From the IMG/VR virus record IMGVR_UViG_3300044898_000038, positions 1-54,706 of that record: DNA of 54,706 bases; one strand, written 5' to 3'. The position numbers and the translations under genes were made by a program. The notes below the pieces were generated by a model. It saw nothing but the letters and a program-made list of their open reading frames with translations. It was not told the origin of the DNA and searched no databases. This document shows, piece after piece, positions 46,253 through 54,706 of this stretch (its first letter is position 1; every line of letters starts with the position of its first letter). This DNA comes from a virus. Lineage: Duplodnaviria; Caudoviricetes.

Positions 46253-46340
46253 GGACCTGTCATATTCACGATTTGTGGATTCGTCAACTAATCACGCCTC
46301 GGAAATAGCCACGCCCTGTGAACAATGGCTAAATTCTCCA
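46253..46340. promoter_or_regulatory. OR region: PR/PRM promoters and operators
   Basis: Minus TTGACG-N17-TATGAC ends 6 nt before the cro ATG; plus TAAATT ends 5 nt before the cI ATG. Operators TTCAC-N5-GTGGA (46265-46279) and GCCAC-N5-GTGAA (46308-46322). Confidence 0.75.
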
Positions 46341-46676
46341 ATGATTTCAGACAGAGATTTCCGCACGGCTGTGGGCGAACGGCTGAAGAGGCTACGTTTG
46401 GCCTTGGGCCGGTCGCAGGCAGACATTGCCAAAAAACTTGGGGTAGGCGCCACGGCAGTGTCAAATTACGAGAACGGGACCCGCGCCGTCGATCCTTATG
46501 ACGCGTTTAAGCTAAAAATTTCATATGGAGCGCCGCTGGAATGGCTTTACGGCGGGGACGAATCAGCTCTCCCGCCACATCTAGCTGAAAAGCTTGATCT
46601 ACCAACCAAGCCTCGCGGTGTAAGCCAGCCTGCGGCCACCACGGCGCCGCGCAGAAAGGCCACACGCCGGGCCTAA
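46341..46676 (+). CDS. CI-like XRE-family repressor (HTH only)
   Basis: GERLK.LR..LG.SQ..IA..LGV...AVSNYE.G.R...LEWL..G; 111 aa. Confidence 0.9.
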   Translation: MISDRDFRTAVGERLKRLRLALGRSQADIAKKLGVGATAVSNYENGTRAVDPYDAFKLKISYGAPLEWLYGGDESALPPHLAEKLDLPTKPRGVSQPAATTAPRRKATRRA

Positions 46677-46750
46677 TTCACATATCGTGGAGTTTGTGTT
46701 GACAACTCCACGTTATGTGAACTAGATTTGTTCCACGTGAAACACGTGGA
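46677..46750 (+). promoter_or_regulatory. OL region: PL promoter, operators and hairpin
   Basis: TTGACA (46699-46704) with TAGATT 18 nt downstream. Operators at 46677-46691 and 46707-46721; inverted repeat TCCACGTG-AAA-CACGTGGA. Confidence 0.75.
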
Positions 46751-46761
46751 GCGGTCTAGTG

Positions 46762-47487
46762 TCAATCCAGCGGACATTCCTTGGCGAGGTCCTTGAACGC
46801 GGGGCGTGCGCCGAATGTCTTGAAAACGATGGTCTGACTTACCCCTTTTGCGTTTTCAATCCGGACCGCCGCTTCCCGGCCATCCCGCATCGCCCTGACC
46901 GTCGACTTCTCGGTAAACACCTGGATCACACGATTGTCGATTGCGACGCCGACGGCTTCCACAATCGGCTGCGTATCGATGCGGAACTTCAGTTTGAACG
47001 CATCGCCGGTCTGCAAGGGCTTTTGATCGGGGCCGGCTTCGATCATCGCAATCGACAGTTCCTTTTGGATGCATCGGACCGCCAGAACAATGCCTTGGTC
47101 GACCGCCGCTGCGACAAACGTCCCGCCGTCTCCGAAGCGATCCAATTTTGCGGAAACCATCCATCTGCCAATGATGCGACCTTCATAGTCCGCCAATGCC
47201 GGCTCGGCCCGCGCAGGTTCGGCTACGGCAGCCGGCTTGGGCGGGACAGCCACGGGTGCGACCGCCGGCGGCTTTGGCTGCACTTGCTGGCGCAGCCTGC
47301 GATTACGGGCGTTGGTATCGGCATCGAGAACCTGACAATCCGACATTGTCGCGGGAAAGTTGCCCTTCGCCCGGATTTCTCCGCCCTGTGGGCACTCCTC
47401 CTCACCGCGATAGCCTCGTCGGGGATCCTGTGCCCAAGCGGATGTTGCGGCGCACAGCAGCGCCGCCGCGATAACAGCCCGTTTCAT
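46762..47487 (-). CDS. Exported protein (moron), unknown function
   Basis: Signal peptide MKRAVIAAALLCAATSAWA|Q, Pro-rich linker, beta-rich C-domain; opposite strand to neighbours. Confidence 0.75.
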   Translation of the reverse strand: MKRAVIAAALLCAATSAWAQDPRRGYRGEEECPQGGEIRAKGNFPATMSDCQVLDADTNARNRRLRQQVQPKPPAVAPVAVPPKPAAVAEPARAEPALADYEGRIIGRWMVSAKLDRFGDGGTFVAAAVDQGIVLAVRCIQKELSIAMIEAGPDQKPLQTGDAFKLKFRIDTQPIVEAVGVAIDNRVIQVFTEKSTVRAMRDGREAAVRIENAKGVSQTIVFKTFGARPAFKDLAKECPLD

Positions 47488-47565
47488 CTCGCCCCTCCCG
47501 GCCACAGCCGGTCGCATCCTGCCACTGCCGCAACCTTAATTCCAGCGTCCACCCGGAGTATCGTC

Positions 47566-48000
47566 ATGCGTAAATCCCCTGCCCCTTCGACCGTCGTCCC
47601 CTTCACCCCGGGCGTTAGCCGGTCCTATGACCGGCGCCCGCTGCCGAAGGTGTTCGTTGAGTTCACTTGCATCGTGCTGGTCAAACATCACGAAACGGCA
47701 AAGGCCGTGCTGGTCTCAACCGCTGGCGACGCCGTCGGCGCCGTGTGGGTCCCCAAGGCGATGCTCGGGTTGGATAAGACCGACCGGGGCCGGTTTCTGG
47801 TTGCGACCGTATCGAAGGCGTTCGCAGGCCAGAAGCGGCTCGACGTCGGGCATTTGAAGCTTGAGTGGACCGACCAGCTTACGCCGGAAGAACGCACCCA
47901 GCTCAAGAGCGCCGAAGAACTCGCACGCCGCACCCGTCAGCGGTTCAACGGCTATCGACCCTCAACGCTGTCCCATTTCGGAAGGAACGAGTTCGCATGA
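47566..48000 (+). CDS. Hypothetical phage protein
   Basis: GGAG RBS; ET.KA.LV......VW.PK motif. Confidence 0.65.
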   Translation: MRKSPAPSTVVPFTPGVSRSYDRRPLPKVFVEFTCIVLVKHHETAKAVLVSTAGDAVGAVWVPKAMLGLDKTDRGRFLVATVSKAFAGQKRLDVGHLKLEWTDQLTPEERTQLKSAEELARRTRQRFNGYRPSTLSHFGRNEFA

Positions 48001-48470
48001 GCCAGGCTCATCAAGATTATTGCAACGCGAATTACCGCCCCGAGGACATTCCCGGCGCCGACGATACCGCGCCCGTCGCGCCGCGTTTCCAGCACAGCCC
48101 GCAAATGTACGTTGGCGTCTCGCAAAGCGGACGGATCATTCACATAGGCATCGCCAAGAGGGACGATTTCGACCGGATCGATCTGCCCTGCGAGGATTGC
48201 GGCGAAAATGAAAACGGCCACGTCCTGATTAAGACGCTTGGCGAGATCGGCGTGGCCGGGCAGCCGAGTATCATTTTCCAGTACTGGATCAAAAGCCGCA
48301 CGATAGAGGCTTTCAGAGCCGACCGGATAAAGGAGGACGGCCAGAAGGGCATGGAGTGGTGGAACGGCCTCTCCGATGACGACCGCAAGCAATGGGCGGC
48401 AAAGGCCGGGAATACTGGACGCGCTGCCGACGCATGGGAAGCCTACAAGCGGCAGAAGGCGGGGAGCTAA
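47997..48470 (+). CDS. Hypothetical phage protein
   Basis: ATGA overlap; G..WWN.L....R..W C-terminal motif. Confidence 0.6.
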   Translation: MSQAHQDYCNANYRPEDIPGADDTAPVAPRFQHSPQMYVGVSQSGRIIHIGIAKRDDFDRIDLPCEDCGENENGHVLIKTLGEIGVAGQPSIIFQYWIKSRTIEAFRADRIKEDGQKGMEWWNGLSDDDRKQWAAKAGNTGRAADAWEAYKRQKAGS

Positions 48471-48473
48471 GCC

Positions 48474-48695
48474 ATGGGCTTCCATCGCCAAGGCCAACCC
48501 GCAGCCCTCGATCGCGCCGGCCTCACGGCCGTGGTTGCCCGCTTCGTTGCGGAAGAACTCGACTTGCTTACCTGCACGCCGGCCGATCCCTTCGGCGTCG
48601 ATAACTCCTGCCCATTCAGCCCTTCCGGTCATGACTACATCGCCGCCTGCGGCGACGTGGTGTGCTGCCATTGCGGCAAGGTGGTGTGGTCGTGA
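48474..48695 (+). CDS. Small Cys/His-rich protein
   Basis: CP....GH......VVC.HCG. Confidence 0.55.
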   Translation: MGFHRQGQPAALDRAGLTAVVARFVAEELDLLTCTPADPFGVDNSCPFSPSGHDYIAACGDVVCCHCGKVVWS

Positions 48696-48964
48696 CCTTC
48701 GAAGAGTTTCAGCAAACCCGTAAACCCTGCGACGACATCGGTGCCGCCATTCAGTGCGACATGGGAGCGCCGGGCCCGGAGACGGGATTCCTTTACGGCG
48801 GGCTATACATTTCGACGCGTCAAGATTGGTGGTCGGAAGAGGCGAAAGCCCGTGGCGGCTATCACTTGATCCTAGAGCGCGACGAATATATTTCCGATGA
48901 TTTGGAATCGCTGGAACGCAAGCTTTACGAATGGGCCCTTTGCTACGGCGCGGTGTCGCAATGA
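48692..48964 (+). CDS. Hypothetical phage protein
   Basis: GTG start overlapping upstream TGA. Confidence 0.6.
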   Translation: MTFEEFQQTRKPCDDIGAAIQCDMGAPGPETGFLYGGLYISTRQDWWSEEAKARGGYHLILERDEYISDDLESLERKLYEWALCYGAVSQ

Positions 48965-49182
48965 CCTCGCACCTTCACCTCCGTATCATCGATAACCCGC
49001 TGGTCGACAACAAGACGTGGCGCACGGCAACACTGGAAGCGATGGTCGCCATCCTGATCCGCGATCAGACCTTCGGCAACGAACGCGACGCCATCCGCAG
49101 CTTGCGTGACGAAGGCTACGACATGGTCGAGATCATATGCACCATGCGTATCGGGTTTAGACATACAGCCCCCAAAGGTTGA
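48961..49182 (+). CDS. Hypothetical protein, C-terminus possibly altered by adjacent rearrangement
   Basis: ATGA overlap; abuts the IS remnant. Confidence 0.45.
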   Translation: MTSHLHLRIIDNPLVDNKTWRTATLEAMVAILIRDQTFGNERDAIRSLRDEGYDMVEIICTMRIGFRHTAPKG

Positions 49183-49291
49183 TAGATGAAACCGTGGCTA
49201 GAAGGCGAACCAGAAGAATGCGACGGCTCCGCATGGGACCGCCTGCCGCCGCTTGTGCGCGCCTCAATCATGGTGGCTCGCCATCGTCGGC

Positions 49292-49441
49292 GCCAGCCCG
49301 AAACACCTTGGCCGCTACGTCGATGAGTTCGCGTTCCGCCTCAATGAGGGCAACGTGGCCCATCACACGCTGGCACGGCTCGGTAGCTTCATTGACGGCG
49401 TTGCGGGCAAGCGCCTGACTTACAAAGCCCTGATCGCATAG
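49292..49441 (+). pseudogene. IS1595-family (ISXO2-like DDE) transposase C-terminal remnant
   Basis: SPKHL.RYV.EF.FR.N...GKRLTY..L is the IS1595 transposase C-terminus; the rest is absent. Confidence 0.8.
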
Positions 49442-49450
49442 GAGAGCACC

Positions 49451-50146
49451 ATGACGCTGACAGAATATCTCGACGGAATGCAGGCGGCATCGACCGCCGC
49501 CGAATTGGAGGCTGCGATTCAGGCCAACCGTCGCGCCAAACCGCCCTTCAAACACTCGTTCAATGGCCCGACATGGGGTCGCATTTGCAATGTGCGCAAA
49601 GAAGCTGGCAGACGCATCGTCGCTGCGCACCCGAATGGAAAGTTCGTCCCGCGCCTCGGGCCACGCCATCTGCTGACGGTCTGTGGCGAGACGTACAGCG
49701 TCGGATACGGCCAGAACTCCACAGGCGTTCGCTATTGCTGGCACTACGCCAAGGAATGGTTTTACGATGTTCTGGCCAAGCACGGCTTCAGCAAACGCGC
49801 CGCCTCCCAAATCTGGGACTCGGCGTTCGACTATCCTCACCGCGCTCTTGGCGTCGTCGCCGACGCGCTCGCGGGGAAAATACCTGATCCTCGTTTCAAT
49901 CGGCTGATCCCGCACGGCCGTAGCTACACGACTGGGAATCCTGTGTGCGTCCATCGCCACACAGAAGCGAAGGAACGAGCGCATCGCCCATGCAAATGTG
50001 GAAACGGTTGGCTCTGGGATTGGGGCGCGGGATGGGACGGCAGCCATTCCTTTATAAACTGGCATTGCGACCGCTGCCCGCGCGTCTACACCGAATACGT
50101 CAGCAATGACCGCCTGACCGAAATCAGGCAACGCAAGGTCGCGTGA
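49451..50146 (+). CDS. IS passenger protein with C-terminal Cys motifs, unknown function
   Basis: GGAG RBS; CKC...CDRC. Confidence 0.75.
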   Translation: MTLTEYLDGMQAASTAAELEAAIQANRRAKPPFKHSFNGPTWGRICNVRKEAGRRIVAAHPNGKFVPRLGPRHLLTVCGETYSVGYGQNSTGVRYCWHYAKEWFYDVLAKHGFSKRAASQIWDSAFDYPHRALGVVADALAGKIPDPRFNRLIPHGRSYTTGNPVCVHRHTEAKERAHRPCKCGNGWLWDWGAGWDGSHSFINWHCDRCPRVYTEYVSNDRLTEIRQRKVA

Positions 50147-50147
50147 C

Positions 50148-50270
50148 ATGCGCACTCCAAAAGTTCTCGACGCCATCGCGGACAAAGTTCTGCGATACCG
50201 CCCCAAGCCCAAGACAACTCCCGCGCGCCGTCGCAAGCGCGCGGCGGTCAAGCGGGAAAAGTCAAAATGA
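50148..50270 (+). CDS. Small basic ORF at IS end
   Basis: MRTPKVLDAIADKVLRYRPKPK... Confidence 0.5.
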   Translation: MRTPKVLDAIADKVLRYRPKPKTTPARRRKRAAVKREKSK

Positions 50271-50285
50271 GGGGAAAAGGGAGTC

Positions 50286-50900
50286 ATGTATATAATTCCC
50301 TTTCGAAACGACGTTGCAGAGCACGAGTTGATGATTGTCAGCGAGACAGGCCTGTATCGTCACCTCACGCTCAAAAAACATGAGTCGTTTCACTATGGCT
50401 TCCACATCACGACTTGGCCGGGATATCTCGCGATCAGCGGGGACGCCGGCTGCTATGTCTTTGCCCGCCTGCCGGACATGTTCCAGTTCTTTCGCGGCGA
50501 CCGGATCAATCCGTCCTACTGGTCGGAGAAGGTGCAGGCGACGGACCGACACGGCGGGGTGCACGAATTTTCTGAAGATAAGTTTCACCAGGCCATCAAG
50601 AGCGACTTCGACGACTGGCACTTCGACAGCGACGAAGATCGGACCAAGGCATGGGCAGAACTTCAGGAATCCGACCTGTCTGATGATAGCGCCCCGGAAT
50701 CGCTGACGGCCGCTATCCATGCCGCGATGAACTACAAGTGCCCGGTCTCCAAGAACAGCTTCAGCGACTTCTGGGACCATCACATCGAGGACTACACGTT
50801 CCGTTTCGTGTGGTGCTGCCATGCGATCCAGTGGGCGATCACCAAATACGACGCCGCGAAAGCGCCGAAGGCTGTGGCTGCACCGGCGGAAGCGGGCTGA
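50286..50900 (+). CDS. Conserved phage protein with N-terminus supplied by the IS end
   Basis: F..DVA.H......GLYRH...ITTWPG.L.ISGD.G.YVF.R..DMF.FFR...INP.YW.EK motif; first 5 codons lie inside the IS terminal repeat. Confidence 0.7.
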   Translation: MYIIPFRNDVAEHELMIVSETGLYRHLTLKKHESFHYGFHITTWPGYLAISGDAGCYVFARLPDMFQFFRGDRINPSYWSEKVQATDRHGGVHEFSEDKFHQAIKSDFDDWHFDSDEDRTKAWAELQESDLSDDSAPESLTAAIHAAMNYKCPVSKNSFSDFWDHHIEDYTFRFVWCCHAIQWAITKYDAAKAPKAVAAPAEAG

Positions 50901-50902
50901 GA

Positions 50903-51142
50903 ATGACCCGCCCCGCCACCATCCCGCCCGGCCTATGGCCGCCCCGAATGGGTGTGGAAATGTCGGCTGGCTATTGCGGCGAGCGCTCGGCTGAAACATT
51001 CTTGCGCGGGGTGCGGGCCGGAACCTATCCGGCGCCGCGGATCAAGTGCGGGCGGCGCCAGATATGGTGGAAAGAGGACCTGGACAGGACCGGTATCCCC
51101 GGCGCAAGCGAAACCGCGGCGGACGTCGCGGCGGATTTGTGA
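50903..51142 (+). CDS. Putative excisionase (AlpA/MerR-like HTH)
   Basis: A.Y.G.....F...V..G.YP.P......W...DLD, directly before the integrase. Confidence 0.75.
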   Translation: MTRPATIPPGLWPPRMGVEMSAGYCGERSAETFLRGVRAGTYPAPRIKCGRRQIWWKEDLDRTGIPGASETAADVAADL

Positions 51143-51144
51143 CC

Positions 51145-52467
51145 ATGGAACGCCCGCTGCCGCGTTTCGTGACCTCGAAGGATGTCGCCGGCCGGCCGCG
51201 CTACTACTGGACCCTGCCGACCTATTACCGCGAGCTCGGCTGCACCTTGCACAAGGAACACGAAACCGCCTTGGGCGCCGATTACGATGTCGCGTGCGGT
51301 GAAGATGGCAAGGGCGGCCGGGCGGCGACGTTAAACGGGCTGTTCGACGATTGGGACCGCGCCAGGCTGGGCGAGCCGCCGCTGCCGAAGCTCGAGGTCA
51401 AGGTCGGCACGGTCGATTGGTTGTTCAAAACCTACAAAGGGTCGAACGACTGGAAAGAGCGAATTTCAGCCCGGACCTCGAACGACCACCAGAACACAAT
51501 GCAGCTGGTGCAGGACCTCCCGCGCAAGTCCGGCATCCGCATCGGCGACACGATGATCACCTCCATCACGCCGGAAGTCGCTGACAAGCTTTACGCCAAG
51601 GTCCGCGAAACACCGGTCCGCAAGGGCAAGACCGAACGGCCGCGCACGGCGGAGAAGGTCGTCGCGGTCTGCCGGCATGCGTGGAAAGTGGTGCATCGGC
51701 TGCACCCGGGCCTGTTCATCCAGGGATCCTCCGTCGGCGAAGAGCCTATCTGGAATCCATGGGAGGGCGTTGCGATGCGCCGGCGCCGCAAGGCGACCAA
51801 GCCCGCCGCGACCCGCGATCAGGTTTACGCCTTCGCGTGGGGCGCCATAGAGGCAGGCTTCCCTGAGCCGGCCGCAGCTGCGGTTATCTGTTTTGAATGG
51901 CTGCAGCGCCCTGAGAATGTGCTGGCGGGCTACGTGACGTGGACTGGTTACCGCGGCAAGGAACACCCGACAAAAATCCGTGTGGAGCACCAAAAGACCG
52001 GCGAGATGATCCTGCACCCGCTCGAGGAAACCAAAGGCGAAACCCGCACGCTGTTTTACGAGGAAGCGGAAGAAGTCCTCTCGCATCTGCCCAAGATCGG
52101 CGTCGGCTTGATCATGCGGCCGGGACCGAAGGGCGCCCGGCAGTGGAACGTGCACACCATGGACCGCCTCGTCCGGATGCTGCGGGAAAAGCTGAGCCTG
52201 CCGTCGACCTTTACCATGGACGCCTGCCGGCACGGCGGCATGACCGAGCTCGAGGAAGCGGAACTGACCGACGGCCAGGGCCGCGCGCTATCGGCGCATC
52301 GCTCGAAGGCGTATGATGGCTATGCGAAGCGCACCGAGAAGCGGGCGCTGGCGGCGACGCGGAAACGGTACGCTCACAAGGTAGCGATGGAGAAGCAGGA
52401 TGACGGCGACGGCAGAGAAATTAAAGCCAAACGAGTACCGCTGCGCGGTGTGCCGGAACGTCTTTGA
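51145..52467 (+). CDS. int: Tyrosine recombinase integrase
   Basis: Catalytic R (QRP), K (KTG), DxxRH, H (SAH), Y (GYAK); next to the att junction. Confidence 0.85.
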   Translation: MERPLPRFVTSKDVAGRPRYYWTLPTYYRELGCTLHKEHETALGADYDVACGEDGKGGRAATLNGLFDDWDRARLGEPPLPKLEVKVGTVDWLFKTYKGSNDWKERISARTSNDHQNTMQLVQDLPRKSGIRIGDTMITSITPEVADKLYAKVRETPVRKGKTERPRTAEKVVAVCRHAWKVVHRLHPGLFIQGSSVGEEPIWNPWEGVAMRRRRKATKPAATRDQVYAFAWGAIEAGFPEPAAAAVICFEWLQRPENVLAGYVTWTGYRGKEHPTKIRVEHQKTGEMILHPLEETKGETRTLFYEEAEEVLSHLPKIGVGLIMRPGPKGARQWNVHTMDRLVRMLREKLSLPSTFTMDACRHGGMTELEEAELTDGQGRALSAHRSKAYDGYAKRTEKRALAATRKRYAHKVAMEKQDDGDGREIKAKRVPLRGVPERL

Positions 52468-52603
52468 GAAGGGTCTTTCCGATGAAGAGGCCTTGGACCA
52501 GCTTTCCGACCGGTTCCCACTAAATTCGCCCGAAGAATGTTCGCTGGTCTGTGACGACTGCAACAACACGATCGTTGCGTGGTCTAATGAGCAACCTCAA
52601 TGA
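52400..52603 (+). CDS. Small Zn-finger-like protein
   Basis: CAVC...CDDC; overlaps the integrase 3' end. Confidence 0.5.
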   Translation: MTATAEKLKPNEYRCAVCRNVFEKGLSDEEALDQLSDRFPLNSPEECSLVCDDCNNTIVAWSNEQPQ

Positions 52604-52815
52604 CGGCTGTCGGTCGACATATCGATTGCATCGTTTGCGGCAGCACGGGAAGCGTTGATCCGTCTGAACGCGTTATTGATTGGTCAAGGCCAGAGGCCGG
52701 AAGGTCCCGAAACGACTTCGCTCCGCAGTTAGCGGTCTGCCCGTCCTGTAAGGGGACCGGCCGCGACAAAATTTCCGAAACTGCCTCTAACCCATTGACG
52801 GATCACACCCGCTAA
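52600..52815 (+). CDS. Small Zn-finger-like protein
   Basis: CIVCGSTG...CPSCKGTG (DnaJ-like CxxCxGxG). Confidence 0.5.
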   Translation: MTAVGRHIDCIVCGSTGSVDPSERVIDWSRPEAGRSRNDFAPQLAVCPSCKGTGRDKISETASNPLTDHTR

Positions 52816-52865
52816 ATTGGGCCAGTTTCAGAATTCCGATTGATCCTACTCGCGAACCACTCTGC

Positions 52866-52902
52866 TTTGCAGACCGTTGCGTAACCACTCCGCCACGTGG
52901 CC
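52866..52902 (-). tRNA. tRNA-Cys(GCA) 5' half only; prophage attachment junction
   Basis: GGCCACG-TG-GCGGAGTGGTTACGC-A-ACGGT-CTGCAAA, with no complementary ACCGT, T-arm or acceptor strand afterwards. Confidence 0.85.
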
Positions 52903-52954
52903 CCATGGCCGAACCTCATATACGCCGCGGCCGCGATAGGCAACCGAGGCCCGC

Positions 52955-53689
52955 TCAGGCCCGTTTGCGGCGGCGGTAATCGCGTTTTGGCTTCGGTTTT
53001 GGCGCGAGTTCCGGCATCACGGCTTGCGCCTCACGATATCTGGCCAGCATTCGCTCAAAACTGGCATTCAGAGTCGCCTCGATATCCGGGCGCTTTTCGA
53101 GGGCCGACAGCAGCATCGCCGCGGCCTCGATGGTCGACAGTCCGTCGCGGCGCGGTTCGCGGCGAAGTTTTCCGTAGAGCGAGGGTTTTGCAGGGCCGAG
53201 GATGACGCGCTGGCACTTCAGCATCCAGGCATTACGCCACCACAGCGCCTTGGCCTGGCTCCAGGTGCCGTCGAGCAGCACGATTCCTTCGATATCCTTC
53301 AAGATCGCACGCTGATTGTCCTCGACCTCGCCCTTGCGGTTGATGGCGACGACGTCGCGGTCGGTGTCCAAGTCTGCGACCTTCGCGGAGCCGAGATAGA
53401 GCACCGCCCAGCGCTGGGGATCATGGACCGGCCGTCCCAAGGCCTTGGACAGGCTCGGCCATGACAATCCGATTTTCAGCACTGCATTCTTGAAATGCAG
53501 CGCTGTGAGCCGCGCGGTGCCGAGCGCCCGGTCCTGCTCCTGCGGATGTTGCAAGATCAGCAGCGAAATGCGGCTCTCGATCGGCGTGATGCTGTCGCAG
53601 ATGCACAACGGCAAAGGCTTGTGACAATCCGGACAATCCGGAATCGCCTCGGCGACGTCGCCGGCGGCCGGTTCTGAGTGTTTTGACAT
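52955..53689 (-). CDS. DTW-domain tRNA-uridine aminocarboxypropyltransferase (host)
   Basis: CxxC....LC.C, ILQHP.E, LDGTW, LSTIEA motifs. Confidence 0.9.
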   Translation of the reverse strand: MSKHSEPAAGDVAEAIPDCPDCHKPLPLCICDSITPIESRISLLILQHPQEQDRALGTARLTALHFKNAVLKIGLSWPSLSKALGRPVHDPQRWAVLYLGSAKVADLDTDRDVVAINRKGEVEDNQRAILKDIEGIVLLDGTWSQAKALWWRNAWMLKCQRVILGPAKPSLYGKLRREPRRDGLSTIEAAAMLLSALEKRPDIEATLNASFERMLARYREAQAVMPELAPKPKPKRDYRRRKRA

Positions 53690-53735
53690 GGCTCGCTATA
53701 CGCTTCGCGTGCGCCGCCTTCAACAACTCCCGGGC

Positions 53736-54706
53736 TTATTCTGCCGGTGCGGCCGCCGGGACCGGCGCGGATCGCCGCCGCAGCCGGTCGATCAGCAGAT
53801 AGATCACCGGCGTCGTGTACAGCGTAAGAATCTGCGAAACGAACAGGCCGCCGATGATGGTGATGCCGAGCGGCCGGCGCAGTTCGGTGCCGGGGCCGGT
53901 GGCGATGACCAGCGGAATGCCGGCGAACAACGCCGCCATGGTGGTCATCAGAATGGGCCGAAACCGCGCGCTGCACGCCTCGAAAATCGCATCCGCCGAC
54001 GACAGGCCGCGATGCCGTTCGGCATCCAAGGCAAAATCCACGATCATGATGCCGTTTTTCTTGACGATGCCGATCAAGAGAATGATGCCGACGAACGCGA
54101 TGATGGTCAGCGGTGTGTTGGTGATCTGCAACGCCAACAGCGCGCCAAGGCCTGCCGACGGCAGCGTGGAAATGATGGTCAGCGGATGCGCGAGGCTCTC
54201 ATAAAGCACGCCGAGCACGATATACATCGCCACCAGCGCGCCGAGGATCAGCAGCGGCTGCCGTCCTGCGGTCTTGTTGAAATCGCCAGCGTTGCCGTCA
54301 AAGCTGCCGCGAATGCCTTCGGGCATGTGCAGCTCATCCACCGCGCGCTGGATATTGGTGGTGGCAACTTCCAGCGGCACGTCCGGCAGGATGTTGAAGG
54401 AAACCGTGGTGGAGGGAAACGATTGCGAGTGAAACACCGCCAGCGGCGACAACCCGCGCTGGTAGCGAACCACGGCCGACAGCGGCACCTGCGCGTTATT
54501 GGCGCCGGCAACGAAGATGCGTTCGAGATTGGAGGGGTCGCTCTGGAACTTCGGATCGATCTCCAGCACCACCATGTACTGGTTGCGCTGGGTATAGATG
54601 ATCGAGATCTGCCGCTGCGAAAACGCGTTGTTGAGCGCGTTGTCGATGTCCTGGACCCGGACGCCGAGGCTCGATGCCTTTTGCCGGTCGATCGCCAATG
54701 TCAGTT
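53736..54706 (-). CDS. RND efflux permease (MdtB/MdtC-like), 5' truncated by window (host)
   Basis: LGVLYES..HP.TI.STLP.AG.GA, GIVKKN.IM, RFRPILMTT, GLFVSQ.LTLYTTPV. Confidence 0.93.
   Translation of the reverse strand, partial: LTLAIDRQKASSLGVRVQDIDNALNNAFSQRQISIIYTQRNQYMVVLEIDPKFQSDPSNLERIFVAGANNAQVPLSAVVRYQRGLSPLAVFHSQSFPSTTVSFNILPDVPLEVATTNIQRAVDELHMPEGIRGSFDGNAGDFNKTAGRQPLLILGALVAMYIVLGVLYESLAHPLTIISTLPSAGLGALLALQITNTPLTIIAFVGIILLIGIVKKNGIMIVDFALDAERHRGLSSADAIFEACSARFRPILMTTMAALFAGIPLVIATGPGTELRRPLGITIIGGLFVSQILTLYTTPVIYLLIDRLRRRSAPVPAAAPAE

Larger units (their letters stand above)
49292..50300 (+). mobile_element. Truncated IS1595-family transporter element with passenger genes and right end
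   Basis: Transposase tail, 231-aa passenger, 40-aa basic ORF, quasi-palindromic end GGGAGTCATGTATATAATTCCC (50279-50300). Confidence 0.65.
1..52865. mobile_element. Temperate prophage (lambda-like head and cos packaging, Mu-like contractile tail), left end outside window
   Basis: Ordered lysis, tail, head, terminase, replication, immunity and integrase modules. Right boundary at an interrupted tRNA-Cys, followed by host genes. Confidence 0.95.

Noticed and set aside
49153-49173. GGGTTTAGACATACAGCCCC as the IS left end
   Set aside because: Poor match to the right-end sequence and no flanking target duplication.

Overview
Almost the whole window (1 to about 52865) is one temperate prophage in an alphaproteobacterial host, most likely Bradyrhizobium/Nitrobacteraceae-like (inferred from the GapR, tRNA-Cys and suhB-type sRNA sequences). 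The prophage continues past the left edge. On the minus strand, right to left: Cro and early-right genes with three DNA methyltransferases, MazG-like, GapR and two SNF2-type helicases; a replication initiator; a NusG-family antiterminator followed by a structured leader; cos and terminase; a lambda-like head; a Mu-like contractile tail; a multi-gene fibre module; and lysis genes. On the plus strand: a CI-like repressor, early-left genes with an IS1595 remnant and passenger gene, excisionase and integrase. The right junction lies in the anticodon loop of a tRNA-Cys gene whose 3' half is not restored here. Host genes follow (DTW-domain protein, RND efflux permease). Most notable: (1) three fibre-module proteins carry classical Sec signal peptides, two of them with Cys pairs, implying virion-type fibres routed through the periplasm; (2) the late leader holds a suhB/MmgR-like anti-Shine-Dalgarno sRNA inside a series of terminators behind the NusG paralogue; (3) a collar-type fibre has two length-matched 9x pentapeptide arrays in place of the usual HxH needle. 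All family assignments come from motif recognition, not database searches.
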